Below, in pieces: positions 52,536 to 64,000 of a stretch of DNA of 64,000 nt (the first letter of the stretch is position 1; every line of letters begins with the position of its first letter). The DNA comes from Scenedesmus sp. PABB004. Taxonomy: Eukaryota. The stretch is taken from NCBI GenBank assembly GCA_014905635.1, contig JABVCE010000019.1, positions 620,001 to 684,000 of the forward strand, written 5' to 3'. A program made the position numbers and the translations under genes. The notes beneath the pieces were generated by a model, which saw only the letters and a program-made list of their open reading frames with translations, ran no database searches and was not told the origin of the DNA.

Positions 52536-55364
52536 ATGAGCCCGCGCAGCGTGGCGCTGTGCCTGGCGTTGCTCGCGGGCGCCGCGTGCACCGCCAGCGC
52601 CAGCCGGGCGCTTGCGCAGACCATCCCCGACTGCACCAAGGTCAACGCCGCCTGTACCAACTGCCGCGCAGCCCGCGTGCCGGGCACACGCCGCACAGAG
52701 CTGCTGTGCAGCGCGTGCGCGCCCGGGTGGCGCCTGCGCCGCGACGGCCTCTTCAAGACCTGCGGTGCGTGTCGCGGGCGCTTGGAAGCACGCAGAGCCG
52801 CCGGGCGCGCGCAGGCGGGGGCGCGGCGAAGCCGCGGGAAGGGGAGCGGTGCCGGGATCCCGCGCGGTTGGGCGCGGTGCGCACGGGCCGCGGCGCGGTG
52901 GCTGCGCTGCCTCGCCACCTTCCGGGGGCCACAGCCGCATCGCCGGACGCAGCGGCAGCGAGCGCGGCCCGGTCGCCGCCGCGACTCACCCGCCCGCCGC
53001 TGCTCACCTCGCCCGGGGGTGACGCCCGCCCGCAGACTGCGCGCCCGGCTTCGCCACCAACGGCACCACGTGCGTCTCGTGCCCCGTGGGCAGCTACTGC
53101 CCGGGCGGCGACGCGGTGTCCAACCCGACCAACGCGGCGCTCTCGTGCCCGACCGGCCTGGCGACCACGTTTGCCGGCGCGCGCAGCAACGCGCAGTGCT
53201 TCACGCAGCCCGGCTACGGCCGCGCGACCAGCAGCGGCTCCAACGGCTACGTGATTCTGACCGCCGTCCTCTGCCCGCCCGGCACCTGTGAGCGCGCGGC
53301 GGCGGCGGCGCGGCCGCGGCGGCCGCGGCGGCGCGGCGGGCGGCGCGGCGGCGGCGGCGCGGCAGCGGCGGCTCACGCGTGCCTGCCGCCTGCCGCAGAC
53401 AACAACGGCCGCAACAGCGCTGGCTGCCAGCGTTGCATGGTGGGCCTCACCACGGTCGCGAGCGGCTCCAACAGCAGCGACGCGTGCGGTGAGCGCCCGC
53501 CGGCATGCGCCCGCCGCAGCTGTCCGCCGCGCCCGCCGCAGCTGCCCGCCGCGCCCGCCACGGCCGCCCGCCTGCGCGCGGCAGCGACCCACGCGCCGCC
53601 GCCGCCGCCGCCGCCGCCGCAGTCGCGCCCGCGGGCAGCTACTTTGATCGCGGCATCGGCAAGCTCTGCCCCCGCGGCACGTACTCGACCGACGCGGGGC
53701 GCCAGGCCTGGTGCAGCGCCTGCCCCGAGGGCCTCACCACGCCGGCGGAGGGCGCCAACAGCAGCGACGCGTGCACCCTCGCCGCGCGCGGGCGCTACCT
53801 GGCCAGCCCCGGCGTGAGCGCGCTGTGCCCGCAGGACACGTACAGCGACACCGAGGGCGCGGCGGTCTGCACGCCCTGCCCCAACGGCACGCGCACGCGG
53901 ACCAACGGCACCGACGGCGCCGCGCTCTGCCTCGTGCCGCCCGGCTTTGAGCTGCGCGCGGGCGCGGACAACATCACCGCGTGCGCGGTCGGCAGCTACA
54001 AGGCCGACTGGAACCGCAACCCCTGCCTGAGCTGCGGCACCGGCCTGGTCACGTCCGACGTCGGCGCCGTGTCGCGCGACGCGTGCCTCGTCCCCGCGGG
54101 CTGGGGCCTCGTCGCGACGTACCCGGCGCTCGTCGCGGCGCCGTGCACGCGCAACGTGTATGGCGCGGACGTGCCGCGGCCGGTCGTCTCCAACGCGCGC
54201 TGCGTGCCGTGCCCAGTCGGCATGTTGACGACCGACGTGCTCACCAACACCACCGCGCCGGCCGGCTACACCAGCCAGTCGGCCTGCCTCGTCCCGCCCG
54301 GCTGGGGCTACACCGGCGTCGCGCAGCGCTGCACGGCCGGGTACTACAACGCCGGCCTCAACCGCGCGGCGTGCACGCGCTGCCCCGCGCTGTGGACGAC
54401 GCTCGACGACGGCGCGACGAGCGCCGACGACTGCGTGGTGGAGCCCGGCTATGCGGTCGGCAACTTCAGCCAGCCGTCGCCGTGCGACGTCGGGACCTAC
54501 AGCACCGGTGGCACCGCGCAAAACCCCAACGCCACGTGCGTCCCATGCAACGCGGGCTTCTCCACGCAGACCCCCGCGTCGGCGAGCGCCGACGAGTGCG
54601 ACGGTGAGCGACGCGCGCGGCGCGGCGAGGCGCTGACGGCCGCGGCACGCCCGCCGCGCCCGCGCCTGCAGGCTGCTGCGCCCGCGCCCACGCCGCCGCC
54701 GCGCCCGCCGCCCCGCGTCCGCGCAGTGTGCGCCCCCGGCTACGGCGGTGCGCTCTGTGGCCAGTGCGGGTACGACAGCTACAGCGCCGGCGGCAGCACG
54801 TCCAACTGCACGCCCTGCGCGGGCGGCCGCGTGTCGGGCCTGGGGTCGACCGAGGTGGGCATGTGCTACGACGCGCTCATCGACCCCCGCTACGACGTGC
54901 TGGGCCTCTCCAACGCCTCCGCCTGGGAGGCCGCGGCGGACGCGTCGGGCAGCACGCTCGCGTGCGGCGCCGCGTGCGCGGCCGACCCGGGGCAGGGGCA
55001 GGGCGCGTGCATCGCGTACCGCTGGGCGGCCGACAACGCGACCAACGCGACGAGCTGCGAGCTCTGGCGCGAGGCCGCGCCCGGCAGCGGCGCGGAGGTC
55101 GGCGTCAAGGTCATGTCCCAGGGCGGCGCCGCGGGCGCGTACGCGGTGTATGCCATCCCCGCCGACCTCACCGTCGGCGTGCAGATCGGCGCGGTGCTGC
55201 CCGGCAGCAGCCGCGCGGCCTGCACGGCCGCGTGCGAGGCGGACACCACGTGCGAGCTCTACACGCTCGTCGGCACCGACTGCCGGCTCGTGGCCAGCGA
55301 GGCGAGCGGCACCTACCTGGGCATGCTCGCGGTGCGCGGCGACCACCTCGTCCCGGTGGCGTGA
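52536..55364 (+). CDS. Secreted cysteine-rich surface protein with ephrin-receptor-like (GCC2/GCC3-type) repeats and C-terminal PAN/apple-like modules (mastigoneme-like)
   Basis: Signal peptide MSPRSVALCLALLAGAACTASA. Repeated CPxGTY/CPxGLTT...GA.S...C units, many N-x-S/T sequons, and C-terminal C.AAC....C..Y....C.L modules. Exons 52536-52764, 53036-53287, 53399-53488, 53623-54603, 54727-55364. Confidence 0.85.
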
Positions 55365-57064
55365 CCAAACCCGCGACAACGCGGGCACGGCACCCGGGGC
55401 GAGGCGGCGCCGCGCGGCGCCGCGCATGCGGCGCCGCACAGCCAGCCAGGAGGCACAGGAGGGCGAACACGCGGGGCCGGGCGGCCACTTGAGGACAACG
55501 CGTGGGCCGCGCGCGCACGCAGGCGCTCGCGCGTGCATGTGCAGCCAGCGGCGCGCCGCCGCGGCCGCGGCGGCGCGCCCAGCACTGGATTGTTGCATTC
55601 TTTGGCATTGTTTGCTCGCTGTCCCTCCCCTTGCATCATCATCACATGCTTGCCGCACTTTCATGGCTTGAGCCAGGCGTCGTGCACACACAATCTCGGG
55701 CGGCGCCACCGACGCGCGCGCTTGAGCGCGCGGGGGGTTGGCAGCTGCACCTGCGTGCGTCCCGACCGGCGCGTGTGCCCCCGGCGCCAGGCGGGCGAGG
55801 GAGAGACGCCCCGTCTCACATCTCACCTCCGCCTCTGCGCGTGGACTCGATTGGTTTCTGGCCTGCCTGGGGGCGCCACCCGCGCCCCTGCACACCTCGC
55901 CCAAGCCACGCGCACCGCCGTCACCGGCCCCACCACGCCCGCCGGCCAACAACAACGGCGCGGCAGCGGGGCGCCCAGCCCCGCTGCCCCGTTGCGGCCC
56001 CATCCCCGCACGCGCGTGCCCCTTCCTTTGAGTGCTGGTCGGTCAGAGCAGGCGTGACGCCCCTTCCCTTCAATTCGGTTGTGTGCAGCCACCCCTGCTT
56101 CCCTCTAGAAGTGCCAGCCGCCGGCTGGCTTTGCTCGGCGACGCACTACTGACGCCGCCCGGGCAGCAGCCTCGTTTGGATCGTGAGGAGCCTCCAGGAG
56201 ACAGCGCTGTACCCCCGCGCGCGCGCCGTTGTGTTGGTGTGCTCACGTCTGTCCCCGCGAATGTGGGAGGGGGGGCGTCCGGCTGCATTGAGCTGCGGCC
56301 GGTCGCGCCGCAGCCCTGCGCATGGCGCAGGCTGCCATCATCCTGCACCCCACCCCATGTCGGTTGATTCACGGCCCCGCCCCCTGCACCGCACAGCCCG
56401 CACCAGGCCTGGCGCGGGCTGCAGCGCGCGTGGCGGCGGGGCCCACCACGCGTCCTCACACACCCCGCCTGCATTGTTTCTTGACTGCACCCACGCCTCC
56501 ATGCGGTGCCCTGCGGCGTGGGAGTCCCAATCGCGCTCCCACGCGCGCGCTCACCGCCCCTCCCCACCTCACCAGTTTGCACGCGACGCGGTTGCGCACG
56601 CACACTCGCTCGCTCTCTCCATCCGGCGGCTGAACCAACTGAATCTTCCCTGTGGGGCTTCGGATGCTTGGACGATGGCTCTGGATCCGTACACGTGCAG
56701 CGACTGTGCGGCCCCAAGCCTTTCCCTAAGGGTTCAGAGTTCAGAGTTGACCAGCGCGCGGCCACCAGCCGCAGGGCCGGGGCGCTTTCGCGCCACCCCC
56801 GCACGGGTGGCGCGGCTCACGAGGCCGCAGCAGCCACCTGCCCGCCTCGTCGGTGCCAATGTCCTTGGTGCCAATTGCCTTGCCTTCCTTCTTCCTCATT
56901 CCTTGCCAGCAGCGATGCCCTTTGGCGGACTGCGCGCCGCGCGCGCCGCCACCGGTAAAAGAAAGCGCGGCCTCTCTGACCAACTGCCCGCGCGCGTCAC
57001 CCGACTGGCGAGCGAGTCAGTCAGTGGCAGTGCAGTGCAGGCCAGACAGTCAGCTGCGAAGGGA

Positions 57065-57610
57065 GGGGTCGGTCGGTGTGTTGCGTGGTGCGCCCGGCGG
57101 GCGCCGCGGCGGGGGCTGGCGCCGCGCGGGGCTGCGCGGAGCGGCAGCCCGAGCGGCGCTCGTGGTGAAGCTCCGCCCGAATTCGGCAGCAGCTCTCCAC
57201 CCCGAACTTTGCCGCGCCCGCGCGCGCGCCGCCCCGATCGCGCCAGCGGCTCGCCAGAGCAGCTTACAGCGCTCCTCGCGTCCGGGCCGCGTCTCTTCGC
57301 GGCGGGGCCGGCCCGCCGCGGCGGCGGCGAGCCCCCGATCACGCCCCCAGTGCCACTCCCCGGTCGCCCAGGCGCCAGGCGCCGCCCGGGCGCCGCCGAA
57401 TGCGTCCCAGCACCGTCCCAGCGCCTGCCTCCCTGCCTCGCACGCGCGTCACCACCGGCGGCAGCGAGCGCCCGCGCGCGTCACTCGGCGCCGCCGCTGT
57501 CGCCGCCGCCGCTGCCGCCGCGGCCCCTGCCCAGCAGCCGCCACGGCCGCAGCAGCCCGCCTGCCGCGCCCGAGAGGCCCTGGCCGAGCCGGCCCAGCGT
57601 GCGGTCGACT
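57065..57610 (-). repeat. Long inverted repeat, right arm (partner 51850-52380); outer part overlaps the 3' end of the coiled-coil gene
   Basis: Reverse-complement match to 51850-52380, including 58-nt and 63-nt exact blocks. Confidence 0.92.
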
Positions 57611-58416
57611 GCCTTCCCCACGGCGTGGCCAACTAAGTCTGAGTCTTTGGCCTGACTGACCAGCGCGCCAGCAAAGACGGGGACCAGCTCGGCGTCACTG
57701 ATGCGTGACACCAGCGCGTCGGTGAACCCCGGCACGCTGAGCGTCACTCGCAGGTCGCCAGCCTGCCCCGGCGCCTGCTGCTGCCCCGGTGCCTGCTGCG
57801 GCGACCGCTGCTGCGGCGGCGCCTGCGGCGCGTCCGGCTCGCGCTGCGCGAGCGCCTCGCCGTCGCGCGCCCGCTGCTGCTCCGCGGCCGCGAGCGCGTC
57901 CTGCCCCGCGCGCAGGTCCGCCAGCTGCGCCTGCAGCTGCCGGCTCTCGTCGCCCAGCTGCGCCGTCAGCTCCGCGACGCGCGCCGCCAGCGCCGACTCG
58001 GCCGCCGCCAGCGCCGCGAGGCGCGCCTCCAGCGCCGCCTTGGCCGCCGCCAGCGCCGCCTGCTGCGCCGAGAGGTCCTGGCTGTGCTGTTCGAGCTGTT
58101 CTACGCGCGGATGCAGCAGCAGCAGCACGCCGCCCGCGCCCGCGAGGGCCAGCCCCGTGCCCGCCGCGCCCAGCGCCAGTGCGCGCAGCAGGCCCCGCCA
58201 TCGTGAGCGCTGTCGCCGCTTGGGCACAGCCGCGTCGGCGCCGCTGCTGCTGCTGCTGGCCGCCGGCAGCGCCTGCTGCAGCGCCTGCTGCGTCTGCTGC
58301 TGCTGCGTGTGTGGCAGGTGCAGGTGGTAGTGGACAGCCGCAGCCACAGCTGATGCGGCGGGCCAGCGCTCCGCCACGGCTGCCTCCTCCTCAACGACGA
58401 CGGCGTCCATTTGCAT
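57481..58416 (-). CDS. Single-exon protein with one transmembrane helix followed by a coiled coil; function unknown
   Basis: LLRALALGAAGTGLALAGAGGVLLLL hydrophobic helix, then heptad region VEQLEQHSQDLSAQQAALAAAKAALEARLAAL...QLQAQLADLRAGQ. Confidence 0.7.
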   Translation of the reverse strand: MQMDAVVVEEEAAVAERWPAASAVAAAVHYHLHLPHTQQQQTQQALQQALPAASSSSSGADAAVPKRRQRSRWRGLLRALALGAAGTGLALAGAGGVLLLLHPRVEQLEQHSQDLSAQQAALAAAKAALEARLAALAAAESALAARVAELTAQLGDESRQLQAQLADLRAGQDALAAAEQQRARDGEALAQREPDAPQAPPQQRSPQQAPGQQQAPGQAGDLRVTLSVPGFTDALVSRISDAELVPVFAGALVSQAKDSDLVGHAVGKAVDRTLGRLGQGLSGAAGGLLRPWRLLGRGRGGSGGGDSGGAE

Positions 58417-58691
58417 GGGCGCGCGGAGCACGCGCCGGCGCGCTGTGCGTGGTGTGGGATCGCTCGTGTGGCGGGTCAAGCCGGGAGGGGCGACAAATGA
58501 ACGGCGCCGCGCGCCCCTCAACCGCCGCTGCGCCGCAGCCTGCTCAGCCCCCGCCCCAGACCCGCCCACTCCCATCGCCGGGACGACGCACGCGTGACCA
58601 GCGCGCGGCCCCGGGCTCGCGATGCGCCGCCGCTGAGCGCAGCGCCGGGCGCGGCAGCGGCGCCGCCGGGCGCGGCAGCAGCGGCGCCCCG

Positions 58692-61192
58692 ATGGCGGAA
58701 GGCTGGGACCGCGGGCGCCTGCGCTCGGGCTGGGCGCACGGGCACCACCACGCGGAGGTGCGTGCAGTCACCACGCGCGCACGGCGCCGCACGCGCTGCC
58801 GCTGCCCGGCGCGAGCCGCTGCCGCCCGCCCCGTGCGCGGCGCGCGCCGCAGACGCCCGGCGGCAGCCCGCCGCCTGGCTCCCCCAGCAAGCAGGCGGGC
58901 CCCAGCGCGGCCGCGGCGGCGCTGTTGCACGCGTCGGCCGCCGCCAACCACCACCACCACCAGCACCACCACGGCGCGCACCACGCCGGCGCCGGCGCCG
59001 CCGCCGGCGCGGCGCCGCGCCGGCGCGGCCTGCCCGGCGCGGTGCGGCGCGCGGGCGCGCGCCTGCGCCGGCTGTGCGCGCGGCTGGGGGTGCGGCTGGG
59101 GCGGCTGGACGCTGAGATTCTGGTCAACGCGGTGGCCTGCGCCGGCGCGTCGATGGGCGACCCGGTGCGCGGCGCGCGGCGCGGCGGGCAGCGCGCGGCG
59201 GGCAGCGCGGCGGGCAGCGCGCGCGCGGCGGCGCATGGCACCCAGCGACCCCCCTCCCTTGGCCGCCGGGGCGCTGCCGCACGCCCCTCTGCCGCCGCCG
59301 CCGCGCCGCGTGCGCAGCTGATGTCGCTGGTCGACACCTACCACGCCGGCCGCCTCGGCACCGAGGCGCTCGCGGCGGTGCGGCCGCGCTCTCTCGCTCG
59401 TCTCCCTCTCCCTCTCTTTCTCGCGCGCGCACGCCTCCCCCCCCCCCCTCCACGTGCGCCCCGGCTCTCACCACACCCACCCACGCACGCACCCACGCAC
59501 CCACCCACACCCACACACCTCCACGCAGCTGGGCAGCGCGGGCGCGCTCTTCAGCGTCCTCTATTTTCTTTGCTTCACAGCCCTCGCTGTGCTCACCACG
59601 CAGGCGCGGCGCGGCGCGGCGCGCGCAGCACGCGGCGCGCAACGCGCGGCCGAGGCGCGATCAAAGCGCGCGGGCGGGGGTGCCGCCGCGGCGGCGCAAA
59701 GTGGCGCGCGCGCCGCGTCCCACGCGCCCGCAGGCAATGGCGGCCGCCAACTCGCGCGGCGACGCGGAGGGCTGCGGGCGCGGGCTGCTGCAGGGCCTGT
59801 GCGCGAGCCTCGCCGTCAGCGGGGTGCTCGTCGTCGCGCTGCTGTCGGCGCCGGAGGCGCTGCTTGGCGCGTTTGCGACCAGCCCCGCCGTCGTCGCGCC
59901 GGCCAAGGCGTACGTCATGATTCGGTGCGGGGGGGGGGGCTCCCCGGCGGGCTCCGCGGCTGGAGGGGCAGGGAGGGAGGGAGGCGCGCGCGTCGGCGCC
60001 GCCGCCGCCGCGCGCGGCGCGCGGCGCCGACCCCGGCCGATGCCCGCGCGCCGCCGCGCCGCCGCGCGCGCGCCGCCCGCGCCCACCCCGCAGCGCGCTG
60101 TCGCTGCCTGCCGCGCTGCTGATGAACACGTCGGCCGCGGCCTTCCGGTCGCTGCTCGACCTGGGCACGCCGCTCGCGGTCGTGGCGGCCGCCAACGCGG
60201 CCAACTGGGGGCTCGACAACGCGCTCATGTGGCGCGCGGGCTGGGGCATGGCCGGCTGCGGCTGGGCGAGCGTCGTGAGCCAGGTGCGCCCGCGGCGCCG
60301 CCGACCCGCCCCGCACACATGCCCGCCCCGCGCGCCCCCCGCGCTGGCCACGACCGCGCGCCGCCGGCGTCCGCGCCGTCCGCAGTACCTCGGCGCCGCG
60401 CTGTTTGCCGCCATCATCTGGCGCCGCCGCCGCGCGTTTGGCATCCCCGAGGCCCTCGCCGGCGCCGCGGAGCGGTGCGCCGCGCCGGGGCGGCGGCGCC
60501 GCGCGCACGCCGCCGCGGCCTGCCCACGCCGCGCCGCGCCGCGCCGCGCCGCGCGCACAGGCACCGCGCCGCGCACGAGGCGGCGACGGCGGCTGGCGGC
60601 GGCGGCGGGGAGCGCAGCTGGTGGCTCCGGCTGGCGGGGCTGGACGCGCGGCCGCAGCTGGACCCGGAGCAGCCGGGCGGCGGCGAGGGCCAGGTCTGGC
60701 CGTCGGGGTCGTACCGAATTCACGTGCTGCCGTCGCCCAAGTCCAGGGCCAAGGCGGCGCAGCGTGAGGCCGGCGCGAGCCCCGGCGAGCCGGGGCGCAG
60801 GGAGCAGCAGCACCGGGCGGGCGCGGCGCCGGCGCCGGCGGGCGGCCAGCAGCAGCTGCAGCACCTCGGCGGCGGCGGCGGCGGCGGCGGGGTCGGCGCC
60901 CCGCGCGCGCTGGCGGGGCTGGCGCACCACCCGCCCCTCCACCCGCCACGCTCGGCCACGCCGCCGCTCCAGCCCGCCGGCCAGCGCTGGGAGGCGGCCT
61001 GCAGCGGCGGCGACGCAGCGCACGGGCTCGGCGGCCAGCTGGCGCGGCGCACGTCGTCGGCCGGCGGCGAGAGCCGGCGGGGCTCGGTGGACGGCGAGGC
61101 GCTGCTGGGCGCTGCCGGCGCGCCCGCGCCCGCCCAGCCGGAGCCGCAGCAGCAGAGCGGCCGGCACCGGATTGTGCCGGGGCCGCTGCTGC

Positions 61193-61233
<41 letters not shown>

Positions 61234-62237
61234 GACGCAGCAGCACCAGCAGGAGCGGCGCTGCCGGCAGCGCACGGAGCCGGCGGGCGCTCAGGGCTGT
61301 CCGTGTCGTTCGAAGGCGGCGGCGGCGGCTGTGGCCCGGCAACGCCCCGCGGCGACGCCGCTGGCCTGACGCGGCTCGACTCTGCGGGCTCAGACTCCAA
61401 GCTCCCGCGGCCGCACCACGCCGGCGGCGCCGCGCGGCTCGCGCTGCTGCTGGCGAGCCTTGACTGGCGGGGCTACGCCGGCCGCGCGGTGGGCCTGGGC
61501 GCGCGGGGGCTGCTCATCCTGTCCACGTACGCCGCGGCCAGCATGACGGCCGCGCGCGGCGGCACCGCGGCGCTCGCGGCGCACCAGGTGCGCGCCGGCC
61601 GGGCGGCTGGTCGGTCGAGGGAGCGCGCCGGGAGCGGCCTGGCGAGGGGGGAGGGGAGCAGAGGGGCGCGCCCGGCCGCCAACCGCACCGTGCACCGCGC
61701 ATCGCGCGCCTGCGCGCGCAGGTGGTGCAGCAGCAGCAGCAGGCGCAGATGTCGCTCGCCTGGGCGTTCCTGCACGTCGGCCAGAGCATGGCCGCCAACC
61801 TGCTCCACGCGCCGCCGCCGGGCGGCGGGCCCGCGGCGTCGCGGCGCCTCTCCGCCCGCATCGTCGCCTGGGCGGTCGTGGTCTGCGGCGCGCTCGCGGC
61901 CGCGACGTACGCGCGCGCGCGGTCGCTGTGCGCGCTGTTCAGCGCCGACCCCGACGTCTGCGGCCGCGTGTCGGCGGCGGCGGGCCCCGCCGCTGTCATG
62001 CTGGGCCTCGCCTGGAACCAGGCGCTCGAGGGCGTGCTGCTCGCGGGCGGGCAGCAGGCCTACGTCGTCCGCGTGTACCCCGCCGCCGTCGGCGCGGCGC
62101 TCGCGGGCCTCGCCGCCGGCGCGGCGCGCGGGCGCGGCCTGCCGGGCGTGTGGTGGGCGCTGTGCGCGTACTACGCGGTGCTCGCCGCCGGCTTTGGCGC
62201 GCGCTTCTGGCTGCCGCCCCGCCGCCGCGCGCGCTAG
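58692..62237 (+). CDS. MATE (DTX/DinF-like) efflux transporter with a long low-complexity central loop
   Basis: LDAEIL...GDPLMSLVDTYHAGRLGTEALAALG, AKAYVMIRALSLPA, AFRSLLDLGTPL, GMAGCGWASVVSQYLGA, GTAALAAHQVV, GLPGVWWAL. GC donor at 59604. Confidence 0.9.
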
Positions 62238-62776
62238 CCCCGGGCGGGGTGCGCACCCTGGGTTTGCTCGAAGGGCTGGCGGGGGCGTGCCTTGAACGAT
62301 TCGCAGCTGCGCGCTGACCGAGGGGCGTTGGCCGCGGTGGGCTGCCGCGCGTGCTGCTGGGGCGCGCGCGGGGGGCGTTCTCAGTGCGAGGCGTGCTTAG
62401 TGCCTGTATCTCTCTCTGCTCTTGCGGCCATGTGCGGACGGACGGGCGGCGCCCCAGCGCCGCCGGCCGTGGGGGAGGCTGCGAACTGCGCTGTCCGTCG
62501 CCTGGCGGCTCGAGGGGCGGGGCTGGCCGGCTTTGAACCCTGGCGGCCCGCCAAGCTCGTGAACGCGACCGCCGCCGGTCGCGCCGTGCCGCCAGCGTCG
62601 GCCCGGGAGCCCACAGCGCGCCGCCGCAGCACCGCCCGCCGCAGCCGGCACCGCCGCTGCGCCGCGCCGCACCGCGCGGCCGCTATTTGGTGGCCTACCT
62701 CTCGCAGCGCGCACAGGCTCTGCTGCAGGAGGTGCTGCAGGGACTGCTGCGTCACGACCGCGCTGCAGGGAGCACG

Positions 62777-63892
62777 ATGCTGCAGCGGCAGCAGCAGCGG
62801 TGGCAGCAGCGGCGGCGCGGCGCGGCGCCGCCCGCGGCGCGCCCCTGCTGGGGGCTCATTCGCCCGCCGCGAGCAGTCCAGGCGGCGGCGCGCAGCACGG
62901 AGCGCGCGGAGGGCGAGCTGCAGGTGCGGCGGCGAGAGCGCGGCAGCACGCGGCGACCTGATCGGCCGGCCGCTCGCGAGATCGCGCGCCGCACCCGCGC
63001 CGCCGCACCCGGCGCGCAGGTGTCGCGCGTCAGCAACAGCGGCGGCAGCCGCAAGGCGTTCAGCGAGGTGCGCGCGCGCCGTGCCGCGCCGCGCGCCGTG
63101 CCGCGCCGCGCGCCGTGCCGCGCCGCGCGCCGTGCCGCGCCGCGCGCCGTGCCGCGCCGCGCGCCGTGCCGCGCCGCGCGCCGTGCCGCGCCGCCCCCTC
63201 ACGCCGCGCGCTGCGGCGGCGCGGCGTCCCCGGCAGGCCTTCTGCCGGCTGACGGGGCTGACCACGTCCCCCGTGGTCGAGATCACGCCCGAGGCGCTCG
63301 CGGCGGCGCCGTACCCGCGCTACACGCCGCCGCTGTCAGACGTCGCCGTGCGTGCCCGCCCGCGCGCTCGGGAGCCCGCACGCGCGCCCCGCCGCACCCC
63401 ACACTTGCACCCCTCCCGCCCCGCGCGCACGCTCGCTCACACGCGCGCACTGGCACACACACAACGCGCGCGCGCAGGTGCAGCAGAAGCGCCCGTACTG
63501 GGGCGGCGGCCGCGGCTACACCGACACAGACGTCGGCTACCTGGCCTTCTTTGGCGCCATGCACGCCATTGCCCTCGTCGGCGCGCCGCTCACGGCGTCG
63601 TGGGACTGCGCGCGCCTGCTGCTCGCCGGGTGCGGCGACGGGCCGCGGCACGGGGACGGCCGCGCGCGCGCGCGCGCGCGGGGGGCCTCCCGCCCCGCTC
63701 TTGCCCACAGCCGGCCATGCTGCCCCCCCCCCCCCCATACACACACACACACACACACCGCTCGCCCCCACCCGCTCCCCCGTCCACGCCCGACCCTAAA
63801 CCCCCGCCCGCAGCTACGTTGTGACTGGGTGCCTCGGTGTGAGCCTGAGCTACCACCGCCAGCTCAGCCACAAGGCCTTCCGCTGCCCCAAG
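62777..63892 (+). CDS. Plastid acyl-lipid desaturase, FAD5/ADS-like, 5' part (continues beyond the window)
   Basis: Transit-like MLQRQQQRW..., then DVGYLAFFGAMHAIAL...YVVTGCLGVSLSYHRQLSHKAFRCPK containing the first His box HRQLSH. Confidence 0.88.
63077..63190. repeat. Intronic 17-bp minisatellite (GCCGTGCCGCGCCGCGC)n
   Basis: About six tandem copies inside a desaturase intron. Confidence 0.8.
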
Positions 63893-64000
63893 GTGACGCG
63901 CAGCGGCACGGGCCGCGCGGGCCGCGCGGGCGGCGCGGACAGCCGCAGGGGCCGCCGGGCTCGCGGGGCGCCGCCAGCTCGATCACTCCGGGAGGGACCG

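Noticed and set aside
51850..57610. Autonomous DNA transposon
   Set aside because: No transposase-like ORF or target-site duplication could be identified. Kept only as an inverted-repeat finding.

Overview
Gene-dense, intron-rich eukaryotic DNA of extremely high GC content. TTTAGGG-type repeats, TGTAA poly(A)-like signals, and TGD4, AP2 and FAD5-like genes point to a chlorophyte green alga, probably Sphaeropleales (inference). Most long six-frame ORFs are GC artefacts. Splicing by eye gives about 21 genes: a secreted protein (partial), RPL28, SPF45, two paralogous TDBD-like + extended-PHD proteins, an AP2 factor, an EamA transporter, a 5'-3' exonuclease-RAP fusion, a large membrane-anchored unknown, a UBC E2, a 78-aa microprotein, a GluRS paralogue with degenerate HIGH/KMSKS motifs, an ALMT/FUSC-like transporter, a GNAT, mitochondrial Hsp70, TGD4, a Cys-rich secreted protein, a coiled-coil protein, a MATE transporter and a FAD5-like desaturase (partial). 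The main unusual signals are: (1) introns bracketed by strand-polarised, mutually complementary telomere-like repeats (G-strand after the donor, C-strand before the acceptor); (2) at least 14 GC donors and one homology-supported GG-AG intron; (3) an intact but apparently ATP-motif-dead GluRS paralogue; (4) a ~620-bp recent duplication giving two unrelated genes the same upstream region and N-terminus; (5) ~500-bp inverted repeats flanking the Cys-rich gene. Many 1-nt deletions in conserved genes suggest assembly indel errors, which qualifies single-base claims.
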